From: Pseudoalteromonas tetraodonis
GTDB taxonomy: Bacteria > Pseudomonadota > Gammaproteobacteria > Enterobacterales > Alteromonadaceae
NCBI RefSeq assembly: GCF_002310835.1
Contig: NZ_CP011041.1
Span: 2,400,001-2,432,000 of the forward strand
DNA: 32,000 bases
Reading direction: 5' to 3'
The translations under genes were made by a program, and so were the position numbers. Under the pieces are notes generated by a model that saw only the letters and a list, made by a program, of their open reading frames with translations, ran no database searches and had not been told where the DNA came from. Below, in pieces: positions 17,564 through 25,228 of the stretch. How positions within the stretch are numbered: position 1 is the stretch's first letter; the number at the start of each line of letters is the position of its first letter.

Positions 17564-19135
17564 ATGGAACTAATTTATTTTGCTACCGCCTTCGTCTGCG
17601 GTTTTGGTATATACCAGCTAAAATTGCCGCCACTTATCGGCTTTCTTATGGCTGGATTTATTCTTAATTTAGCGGGTTATAAAAGCACGGAACTGCTGGA
17701 AACAATTGCATCTTTAGGGGTTACACTGCTACTTTTTAGTATTGGCCTCAAGCTTAAAATTTCAAATTTAATAAAACCTCAAGTCTGGGCTCCGGCCACC
17801 TTACATATTATTCTAAGCAGCGCTTTGTTTAGTGGCTTTATGCTACTACTGGGTGTTTTTGCACTGCCATTATTCGTCGATTTAAGTTGGCAAAGTGCGC
17901 TGTTAGTTGGTTTTGCTCTGAGCTTTTCAAGCACCGTATTTGCGGTAAAAGTTCTTGAAGAGCGCGGTGAAATGGCAAGCCTGCACGGTAAAATAGCCAT
18001 TGGTATTTTAGTTATGCAGGATATATTTGCGGTTATATTTTTAGCGGTCAGTACCGGTAAGTTACCGAATATTTGGGCCTTAGGGTTAATTATTGCCTTA
18101 CCTTTATTTCGCCCTGCTATGTACTGGGTGTTAAACCGCTCTAAACATGGTGAGTTACTGCCGCTATTTGGGTTTTTCTTTGCCTTAGTAGCAGGTTATA
18201 ACGCCTTTGAATTTGCAGGTCTCAAAGGTGATTTAGGTGCTTTGATTGTAGGTATGATGTTCGCACCACACAAAAAAGCCGGTGAATTGTCTAAGTCATT
18301 GCTTAGCCTAAAAGATATATTGCTAGTTGGCTTTTTCCTAAGCATTGGTTTAAGTGCAGAGCTTACTGCCCACTCCTTAGTCGTCGCTTTAGTGCTGGTA
18401 TTAATTATTCCAATTAAAACCCTGCTTTATTACATACTAACCAACCTATTTAAACTTCGTGCGCGTACCTCTTTGTTAACAGCATTTAGCCTAGCTAACT
18501 TTAGCGAATTTGGTTTGATTGTGTGTGCAGTTGCCGCATCTACCGGCATGGTTACCTCTGAGTGGCTTGCTGTTATTGCGATTGCGGTGTCGATCACCTT
18601 TGTAATTGCTTCTCCTTTAAATAAACGCTCTAACGAGCTATACGTTAAAATTGAACGCTTTTTATTAAAGTTTGAAAGCAAAACCCGCTTAGCTGAAGAG
18701 CTCCCAGTAAACTTAAATGACACAAAAATTGTTATTTTTGGCATGGGTAGAATTGGCACAGGTGCCTATGAAACAATAAACGCAACTCATCCGGATGTTG
18801 TTGCAGGTATTGATATTAAGCCTGAGGTAGTTGATAAGCATGTAAAGCGAGGTCGCCGAGTATTAATTGCCGATGCCACCGATCCTGATTTTTGGCAACG
18901 TGTTAACCACTCCCACGTTGAAATGGTAATGCTAGCTATGCCTAAGCACATGCAAAATATTTTTGCCTTAGAGCAATTACAAGCATCGGGTTATAAAGGA
19001 CAAGTAACGGCGATTGCCAACTACCCCGATCAGCAAAAAGAATTAGAAGAAATGGGAATAGACTCTACTTACAACTTTTACTTAGAAGCAGGTAGCGGTT
19101 TTGCAGAGCATGTAAAGCAAACCCTGTTTCCTTAA
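17564..19135 (+). CDS. CPA2-type cation:proton antiporter with a C-terminal KTN/TrkA-N domain (YbaL/Kef-like)
   Basis: The N-terminal part has about 12 TM helices and begins MELIYFATAFVCGFGIYQLKLPPLIGFLMAGFILN. The C-terminal part has a Rossmann motif, IVIFGMGRIGTGAYE. The ATG at 17564 is preferred over the TTG at 17504. Confidence 0.8.
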   Translation: MELIYFATAFVCGFGIYQLKLPPLIGFLMAGFILNLAGYKSTELLETIASLGVTLLLFSIGLKLKISNLIKPQVWAPATLHIILSSALFSGFMLLLGVFALPLFVDLSWQSALLVGFALSFSSTVFAVKVLEERGEMASLHGKIAIGILVMQDIFAVIFLAVSTGKLPNIWALGLIIALPLFRPAMYWVLNRSKHGELLPLFGFFFALVAGYNAFEFAGLKGDLGALIVGMMFAPHKKAGELSKSLLSLKDILLVGFFLSIGLSAELTAHSLVVALVLVLIIPIKTLLYYILTNLFKLRARTSLLTAFSLANFSEFGLIVCAVAASTGMVTSEWLAVIAIAVSITFVIASPLNKRSNELYVKIERFLLKFESKTRLAEELPVNLNDTKIVIFGMGRIGTGAYETINATHPDVVAGIDIKPEVVDKHVKRGRRVLIADATDPDFWQRVNHSHVEMVMLAMPKHMQNIFALEQLQASGYKGQVTAIANYPDQQKELEEMGIDSTYNFYLEAGSGFAEHVKQTLFP

Positions 19136-19313
19136 TAGGGTTTAGATGCAAATAGATTGCATTTACATTCCTTTACATCTGCGTATTTTATTGGTTTAAA
19201 AATAAGGTAAAATGTCTGTGTTGGTTTAGTAAAGCTAATACCTAAGTGTGTATTTAAATAAAATATACACAACTGGACCCCTTGCTTTTAATTAACCAAT
19301 AAGATTCTCAAAT

Positions 19314-19380
19314 TAGAGGGCCTACTCCCTCTATCAATAGGCTGTTACTTGCCCGTTACAGCCTATTTTATTTCTTTATT
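19314..19380 (+). other. tandem hairpins plus a U-rich tract (orphan terminator-like structure)
   Basis: Hairpin 1 is TAGAGGG-CCTACT-CCCTCTA (19314-19333). Hairpin 2 has a 10-bp stem, AATAGGCTGT pairing with ACAGCCTATT (19336-19367), around a 12-nt loop. It is followed by TTATTTCTTTATT. The structure lies about 180-230 nt after the antiporter stop and about 35-45 nt before the next ATG. Confidence 0.4.
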
Positions 19381-19413
19381 ATCCCTTACACTTAACACCT
19401 CTACTCATAAAAG

Positions 19414-19644
19414 ATGTCAATAATGGATCCTCAACAACTTAAAGTCGCCATTAATACCATTATGCCGTTTGGTAAATATGCGGGACGCCCCTTACTTTTG
19501 CTGCCTGAGCCTTATTTAGTGTGGTTTAAACAGCAAGGCTTTCCTAAAAGCAAGCTCGGCTCTCAACTTGCAATGATGTACGAAGTGAAGCTTAATGGTT
19601 TAGAGCAAATGTTGATGCCATTACTAGAAAAAAATAGTAAATAA
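19414..19644 (+). CDS. DUF3820-like small protein (family annotated as putative quorum-sensing-regulated virulence factor)
   Basis: MPFGKYAGRPLLLLPEPYLVWFKQQGFPKSKLGSQLAMMYEVKLNGLE matches my memory of the DUF3820/QSregVF_b core. This was not verified. Confidence 0.6.
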   Translation: MSIMDPQQLKVAINTIMPFGKYAGRPLLLLPEPYLVWFKQQGFPKSKLGSQLAMMYEVKLNGLEQMLMPLLEKNSK

Positions 19645-19711
19645 ATAGAACTTTTCTATAAGTGGCCTGTCTATCTATTTGCTACTTGTTGATTTTTTGG
19701 TTTTAAACCGC

Positions 19712-19738
19712 AAAAAAGCGCCTTTAAGGCGCTTTTTA
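19712..19738. terminator. bidirectional terminator between the convergent DUF3820-like gene and kinase B
   Basis: The sequence reads AAAAAAGCGCC-TTTAA-GGCGCTTTTT. Confidence 0.75.
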
Positions 19739-19752
19739 TTGTGTGGAATTTA

Positions 19753-20985
19753 CTAGTCTAAGCTAATAATAAACTTAACCCCACCCAGTGTAGAGTCTTC
19801 AATCGTGCACTGCCCTTTATGCCATGACACAATTTTACTCACTATCGCCAGTCCTAACCCAAACCCACCGGTTTTTTTATCACGACTTTTATCTAAGCGC
19901 GTAAACGGCTTAAATACTTTTTCGCGCTCAGAGAAGGCAATGCCGGGGCCATCATCTTCAATCACTAGCAGTAACTTTTCATCGGCAGTACTTAAACTAA
20001 TATGTACACTTTTCGAGGCATGTTTAAGTGCATTACTGATTAAGTTTTGCAGCACCCGCGACATAAAATGACTATCGCATAAGTAAATAAATTGAGTGGG
20101 GAGCGTTGTTGTTAGTTTAATACGGGTATCAAAGTTTACTTTTTCAATATTAGTTTTAATTAATGCAACGATATCGCAAAGGGCTAATTGTAGACTAGGT
20201 TGCTGTGTATCTAAACGGGCGTATTCCAACATTTCAGATACCAAGGACTCCAGTTCATGAATATCCATTTGCATGTCAGATAAATACTGCTGTGCTTTGG
20301 TATCGTGAGTTTTATCCTCAAGTATTGCAATAGCAAACTTCAACCGCGCTAATGGCGTTCTAAATTCATGAGATACAGAAGAGGTGAGCTCTTGCTGAGC
20401 ACTCAGTAAAAACTCAATACGTTGCTGCATTACTTGCAATGTATCGGTGATGGGTAAGAAGAATGACTTTGAGCTATCGCTTAATTGAAAGTCTTGCGAG
20501 CCACCCACTGCCTCGCATGCATGACTCAGCTTTGCAAAGTCTCGCCACAACAAAAAGCTCCACAAACCTATTGGTAAACTTATAATAAACAACACCAGTA
20601 AATACGGTAACACAGTCCCGGAGCTGCTGTGTTTAACACCTACAGGGCCTACTTGTAGCAATTGTGAATTATTTAGCGTTACATACCAAACGATACGCTG
20701 CTGTTTATCATATAAATAAAGGTAATGGTTTTGAAATAGTTGTGCTTGCTGTTCTGGTGGGAGCACCAGATCTTGCTGGGCAATGACTTGGCTATCAAAA
20801 TTATGTTTAAGCTGCTCAAGCCCATCTGGGGTTTGTGAAAGCAGCCATAAAGACTGCCCGAATTCGTCATCTAACAATACACTTTGCTGAGATTCATCAT
20901 AGGGCCAAAACTGCTCTATAACGCCACTAACAATAAACAAAGAGGCAATAATATACACGTAAAGGCTTATAAATAGCTTTCCCAT
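19753..20985 (-). CDS. sensor histidine kinase, RstB-like (paralogue B)
   Basis: The N-terminus MGKLFISLYVYIIASLFIV resembles E. coli RstB MKKLFIQFYLLLFV. The H-box is SVSHEFRTP. EMLEYARLD resembles RstB ELLTYARLD. The N-box is LISNALKHA, G1 is DDGPGI, and FTRLDKSRDKKTGGFGLGLAIV matches RstB closely. Confidence 0.87.
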   Translation of the reverse strand: MGKLFISLYVYIIASLFIVSGVIEQFWPYDESQQSVLLDDEFGQSLWLLSQTPDGLEQLKHNFDSQVIAQQDLVLPPEQQAQLFQNHYLYLYDKQQRIVWYVTLNNSQLLQVGPVGVKHSSSGTVLPYLLVLFIISLPIGLWSFLLWRDFAKLSHACEAVGGSQDFQLSDSSKSFFLPITDTLQVMQQRIEFLLSAQQELTSSVSHEFRTPLARLKFAIAILEDKTHDTKAQQYLSDMQMDIHELESLVSEMLEYARLDTQQPSLQLALCDIVALIKTNIEKVNFDTRIKLTTTLPTQFIYLCDSHFMSRVLQNLISNALKHASKSVHISLSTADEKLLLVIEDDGPGIAFSEREKVFKPFTRLDKSRDKKTGGFGLGLAIVSKIVSWHKGQCTIEDSTLGGVKFIISLD

Positions 20986-21011
20986 TAACCTAGCCTAACA
21001 CCTTGCATTTA

Positions 21012-21704
21012 TTACATATCCCACGCATCTGATACAAATAGATAGCCTTGCCCCCATACCGTTTTAATTCGATAGGGTTTATCACTGTTATCACCGAGCT
21101 TTTTACGAATGCGTGATACACGAACATCCACCGTGCGGTCTAACCCGTCGTACTCACGCCCTATCATATGTTGATGGACATGCTCTCGACTGAGCACTTC
21201 ACCAGCATTTGAAGCCAATAACCACAGCAATTCAAATTCATGAGAAGTCAGGACAATTTCAACACCGCTTAGCTTTACAATGCGGCTGGTTTTATCTATT
21301 GATAAGTCACCAAATTGAAGTTCTTCAATCGCTTTAACACTTGGCTGTCCACGGCGAAGCAATGCACTAATTCGAGCAAGAAGTACACGCGGCTCTGCCG
21401 GTTTTATAACGTAGTCGTCAGCCCCGAGTTCTAAGCCTATGACTTGATCGAAGTCTTCACCCTTTGCTGTTAGCATTAAGATAGGGAGAGTGTATTTGTC
21501 ACGTACTTGTCGACATACGCTAAAGCCATCTTTTCCTGGCAACATTACATCTAAAATGATCAAGTCGACGTGGTTTTCACTAAGATAAGGGAACACTTCG
21601 TCACCGCGTTCTAAAACGTCAACTTCTAAGCCATTATGCTCAAGATAGTCTTTGGTTAATTGTTGCAACCCTAAATCATCTTCAACAAGTAATATCTTTG
21701 GCAT
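21012..21704 (-). CDS. OmpR-family response regulator, RstA-like (paralogue B)
   Basis: MPKILLVEDD, LIILDVMLPGKDG, FELLWLLASNAGEVLSRE, REYDGLDRTVDVRVSRIRKKLGDNSDKPYRIKTVWGQGYLFVSDAW are very close to E. coli RstA. By manual alignment, roughly half of the receiver-domain residues are identical to paralogue A. Confidence 0.88.
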   Translation of the reverse strand: MPKILLVEDDLGLQQLTKDYLEHNGLEVDVLERGDEVFPYLSENHVDLIILDVMLPGKDGFSVCRQVRDKYTLPILMLTAKGEDFDQVIGLELGADDYVIKPAEPRVLLARISALLRRGQPSVKAIEELQFGDLSIDKTSRIVKLSGVEIVLTSHEFELLWLLASNAGEVLSREHVHQHMIGREYDGLDRTVDVRVSRIRKKLGDNSDKPYRIKTVWGQGYLFVSDAWDM

Positions 21705-21718
21705 TTACTGCTCCTAAA

Positions 21719-22096
21719 TTAAAAAAAGCTCCAAGGTGAGCGTAGCCGATGTTTTTTCTTAGCGTATGCGGTTTGCACTTCTATTTGCACACTCGCTAAC
21801 GATACACCTGTATGGGGATTAATCAGGGAGTATATGGTCTCCACCTGAACACGCGCTTTATAACTAAGTTGGCCTTTTTTGACACCTTGCCAGCATTGTA
21901 ATTGTGTATCTTGTTGGTATAAACATACATCGCTAGCGGCTGACAGTTGCCACTTAAATTTTAACTCAAGATCACAAAATTCTTGTTGTTCGGAAACCAC
22001 ACAGACTTTGGGTGATACGTTAAGTGAAGAGGCTTTTGCAACGCTAGCGTTGCTAAAAAATGAAGCTGTAAGCACAACCAACATAAAACACTTCAT
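21719..22096 (-). CDS. small secreted four-cysteine protein (DUF3019-like), paralogue B
   Basis: The signal peptide is MKCFMLVVLTASFFSNASVA. The Cys pattern is C-x8-C-x16-C-x9-C-W. The tail is basic and aromatic (KKKHRLRSPWSFF). The start lies 1 nt after the mipA-B stop. Confidence 0.6.
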   Translation of the reverse strand: MKCFMLVVLTASFFSNASVAKASSLNVSPKVCVVSEQQEFCDLELKFKWQLSAASDVCLYQQDTQLQCWQGVKKGQLSYKARVQVETIYSLINPHTGVSLASVQIEVQTAYAKKKHRLRSPWSFF

Positions 22097-22097
22097 A

Positions 22098-22937
22098 TTA
22101 AAATGTATGTTCGAATCCTATAAAGGCGGTCATTGAATAGTCATGTTCAAAAAGCGGGCTGCTATCCATTGCTGAATAATCATAATAGGCTAAATGAAAA
22201 CGAAGCGCGTTGACTCCATCTACAGGCCAACGGGCGTCGATTTTAGCATAAGGTTGCCAACTACTACCAACTTCTATTTCACCGTAAATAGATTCAGCGC
22301 TATTTAAACCATAAAAATAGTTATTTAGTTGGGCTGATTTGTAATTAACGCCTAACGTCGACTTTAACGTTAATTGCTTAAACTCATGGTGATATTGCCA
22401 TTGCAACGATCCCCTGTAGCCATTATAAACACTGTTTACATCATGCAATAATTGCACAGAAAATACTTGCTGCTGCTTTACAAAAAAATAGCTGATACCG
22501 GCATCAAGTGCGACTCGTCTTTTTTGTATATTATTTATATTTACTTGACGAGGTGAGTCAGTGTGTAGCGATTCTAATATCTCGTTCTCAGCGGTTGTTT
22601 TAAAGGGGAAAATATTTTGTGGATGCCAATCAATAAAAAAGCGTGACTCAGGGTTAATTTCTGACACAAAACTAACGTTATGTTGTTTGCTTTGTAAAAA
22701 AGAATAACCAAGACGGCCATTATCAAAAAACCAATTTTGACCATAATAAGCCACTTGCGGAATAACAACTAAGGGGATGTTATCTGCACCATACAGAGGA
22801 TTTGTGATCACCCCAGCACCAACACTCACACTAAGATTAAGCTCATCAGTGGATATATGTTGCTGCTTCTGAGCAATAGCATTAGTGCTTAATAGCACTA
22901 ATAACAGGCATGTGTTTATTCTCAGATGGAACCGCAT
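22098..22937 (-). CDS. MipA/OmpV-family outer-membrane beta-barrel protein (paralogue B)
   Basis: VSVGAGVITNPLYGADNIPLVVIPQVAYYGQNWFFDNGRLGYSF parallels E. coli MipA LGAGVGVVEHPYKDYDTDVYPVPVINYEGDNFWFRGLGGGYYL. NNYFYGL and MDSSPLF are also present, and the C-terminal residue is Phe. The ATG at 22937 gives a clean signal peptide (MRFHLRINTCLLLVLLSTNAIA). The track's GTG at 22997 adds 20 residues that do not resemble a signal peptide. Confidence 0.8.
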   Translation of the reverse strand: MRFHLRINTCLLLVLLSTNAIAQKQQHISTDELNLSVSVGAGVITNPLYGADNIPLVVIPQVAYYGQNWFFDNGRLGYSFLQSKQHNVSFVSEINPESRFFIDWHPQNIFPFKTTAENEILESLHTDSPRQVNINNIQKRRVALDAGISYFFVKQQQVFSVQLLHDVNSVYNGYRGSLQWQYHHEFKQLTLKSTLGVNYKSAQLNNYFYGLNSAESIYGEIEVGSSWQPYAKIDARWPVDGVNALRFHLAYYDYSAMDSSPLFEHDYSMTAFIGFEHTF

Positions 22938-23048
22938 GAAGTTAATCGCTAGTTTATAAAGTGGCTTTGACCCTATAGTAGCAAGTAGTATGAACACAAG
23001 CTCTAGAGGGTTACAATCATTAACAAATTTGATACAAACAGAACACGT

Positions 23049-24095
23049 TTACATATCGGCCGCTATTTCGACCCGATTACGACCATGGGTTTTAGCTAAA
23101 TAAAGTGCTCTATCTGCCTTTTCAACTAATAAACAGCTTTTACTAAAAGGCTCCATTAAAGCAATGCCGAAACTGGCTGAAATATTACGTTTATTATTAC
23201 TGTCTTCTTTTTTACGAATCGTCAATTTGGCAATGCTCAAACGAAGCTGATTACAAAATGCCATCGCATCATTAATGCTTTCAAAGTAACCCGTAATACA
23301 AAATTCTTCACCACCAAAACGATAAGCTCTGTATTGCTCTTGTACACTATTTTGCACTTTTTGAGCGACTAGCTTGAGTACCTCATCGCCTTTTTGATGG
23401 CCAAAATCGTCATTAAAACGTTTAAAATGATCAATATCGAACATAATCAACACCGCTAATTTACCGTGTTCATTTTGTGAAGAGGCGTTCAAACAAAACT
23501 CAACAATGTCTGTATCAAACTTACCGCGATTAAATAATCCGGTTAAGGAATCTTTATCAACCGCTTCTTGGGTCACGCTAAGCGCTTCTTTTAAATCTTT
23601 AATTTCGTTGTACGCTTGCGCTAATTTGGTTTGGAATCCACGGGCGTAATCTTGCATCGCAATTGATTCGTCAGTTAGGCGCTCAACGCAAGAAAGGATC
23701 TCATTAAATGAGTTAATACTAGAGAGCGTTTTTAATTCATTTTGTGAATCAACTAACGAGGTAGTAAAGCTTTTCGAATATTGAATGGAGTCACTAAGAT
23801 CAAACTGCATTTGCTCTACGGTGCCATGAAACCTTTCAGACATTTGTTGAAAAAATGCAAGCTCTTCGTCATTAATATGCTTATTAAAAATTTCTTGGGC
23901 GGTTTGAGCTGAACACGTATTGTGCAAAGAGATGACTTTATCAAGCTCTGTGTTTAGTTGTGGGTTGTCGCCCTGTACATAACAGTACCAAATAGCATAA
24001 TTTATTGGCGTTACAGGCATTTTGTATTTAACCATCAACGGAATGGCTTTTTTTAAACACTGGGCAGAATGAGCAAGTGAAACCGTATTATCCAT
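23049..24095 (-). CDS. GGDEF diguanylate cyclase with an N-terminal helical/coiled-coil region
   Basis: The GGDEF domain contains DSLTGLFNRGKFD, DIDHFKRFNDDFGH and an intact active site RFGGEEF. There is no RxxD I-site at the usual position upstream of GGEEF (the residues are QEQY). No TM segment is evident. Confidence 0.85.
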   Translation of the reverse strand: MDNTVSLAHSAQCLKKAIPLMVKYKMPVTPINYAIWYCYVQGDNPQLNTELDKVISLHNTCSAQTAQEIFNKHINDEELAFFQQMSERFHGTVEQMQFDLSDSIQYSKSFTTSLVDSQNELKTLSSINSFNEILSCVERLTDESIAMQDYARGFQTKLAQAYNEIKDLKEALSVTQEAVDKDSLTGLFNRGKFDTDIVEFCLNASSQNEHGKLAVLIMFDIDHFKRFNDDFGHQKGDEVLKLVAQKVQNSVQEQYRAYRFGGEEFCITGYFESINDAMAFCNQLRLSIAKLTIRKKEDSNNKRNISASFGIALMEPFSKSCLLVEKADRALYLAKTHGRNRVEIAADM

Positions 24096-24185
24096 AATTA
24101 AAACTCTTAGACATCACAACAAGGATGTTAATAAACACATAAATATTAGCGATTTATATTAACAGTTTTTTATCATCCAACAAAC

Positions 24186-25091
24186 CTATATTATGTTTTC
24201 CCCCATATTTTGTGCAATATTCCAAAGCGCACTAATAGCAGGGTCGTTTAGTTCTTTATGTAATACAGCCAAACCAATTTTAAACCCCTGTGGTGGCTCG
24301 CCTTTATACTCTAAAACCTGAACCTTATCGTTTAGCGGACTATTATCGAGTACAATTTTTGGGATCATGGCCACGCCTAACCCTAAACTCACCATAGATA
24401 CCATAGCTTCATGCCCTGCCACTTGCGCGTAAATTTTTCCTTGCACATTATTTTTTCGCCACCACTGCTCCAACCTTTGTCTTGAAAATCCTTGTTCAGC
24501 AACAATAAATTCAAGCTCAGACCAATCAATAGTTTCGCTACTAGTGGCTAATTTTTCTGTGATCGGACATTGAATAGTGGGCGCAATTAATACCAATGGC
24601 GAGTAGCCAATATCTACAAATGCAATTTGTGCAGGTAATTTACTGGGTCTGGCTGCAATGGCCATAGATTCATGTCCATCTAACACTCGGTTAATAGCCA
24701 AGGCGGGATCGCCCGTATTTAAGGTAATTTCAATATGCTGATGCTGAGCTCTCAGTTGCTCTAAAATATGATGCAAAAAACTGTAAGACGCGGTAACGGA
24801 GCAATAAAGGCTCACATTGCCATAAATATGTTGTTGCGGTTCGTTTAAATTAGCCTTAAAGCGCTGCCAATTATTAAGCGTAGCACTGGCATACTCCTTA
24901 AATGCAACGCCTTCGCGGGTAAGCTTTACACTGCGATTATCTCGCTGGAATAACATCACCCCTACTTCATCTTCTAACTGCTTAATATTACGACTTAAAG
25001 TGGGCGCACTTACATGACATAACTCACTGGCACGAGAGAAATGAAGCGTTTTTGCCAACGCCAAAAAGTAATTTAAATGCTTATGATCCAT
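24186..25091 (-). CDS. ilvY: LysR-family transcriptional activator IlvY
   Basis: The HTH region is HFSRASELCHVSAPTLSRNIKQLE. FQRDNRSVKLTREG, YCSVTASYSFL and GHEAMVSMVSLGLGVAMIP are collinear with E. coli IlvY. The gene is divergent from ilvC. Confidence 0.9.
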   Translation of the reverse strand: MDHKHLNYFLALAKTLHFSRASELCHVSAPTLSRNIKQLEDEVGVMLFQRDNRSVKLTREGVAFKEYASATLNNWQRFKANLNEPQQHIYGNVSLYCSVTASYSFLHHILEQLRAQHQHIEITLNTGDPALAINRVLDGHESMAIAARPSKLPAQIAFVDIGYSPLVLIAPTIQCPITEKLATSSETIDWSELEFIVAEQGFSRQRLEQWWRKNNVQGKIYAQVAGHEAMVSMVSLGLGVAMIPKIVLDNSPLNDKVQVLEYKGEPPQGFKIGLAVLHKELNDPAISALWNIAQNMGENII

Positions 25092-25104
25092 AACAACACC
25101 AGTA

Positions 25105-25119
25105 TTTCATATTATGAAA
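25105..25119. promoter_or_regulatory. candidate IlvY operator (LysR T-N11-A palindrome)
   Basis: TTTCATA-T-TATGAAA is a perfect inverted repeat with 7-bp arms. It lies 14 nt upstream of the ilvY ATG, inside the 137-bp ilvY-ilvC divergent region, and fits the T-N11-A motif. Confidence 0.45.
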
Positions 25120-25228
25120 CACTTTAATTCAAATATATCATTTTACGCAAGAAAAGATTTTCCATATTGTTATTCCAAGCAAAGCAAAAGCAATGCATCT
25201 AACAAACTGAATTAATAGGAAACTTATC

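Noticed and set aside
22109-22118. GTTCGAATCC, which resembles a tRNA T-loop.
   Set aside because: The flanking bases (GTATG and CCTAT) cannot form a T-stem, and no cloverleaf can be built. The sequence encodes the C-terminus (FIGFEHTF) of mipA-B on the other strand.
11029-22997. The idea that the inverted paralogous cassettes act as recombination arms for a programmed inversion of the 5.3-kb segment between them.
   Set aside because: The paralogues are only about 50% identical at the protein level even in their best-conserved member. I saw no long identical nucleotide stretches and no recombinase gene nearby. This is an ancient duplication, not an invertible element.
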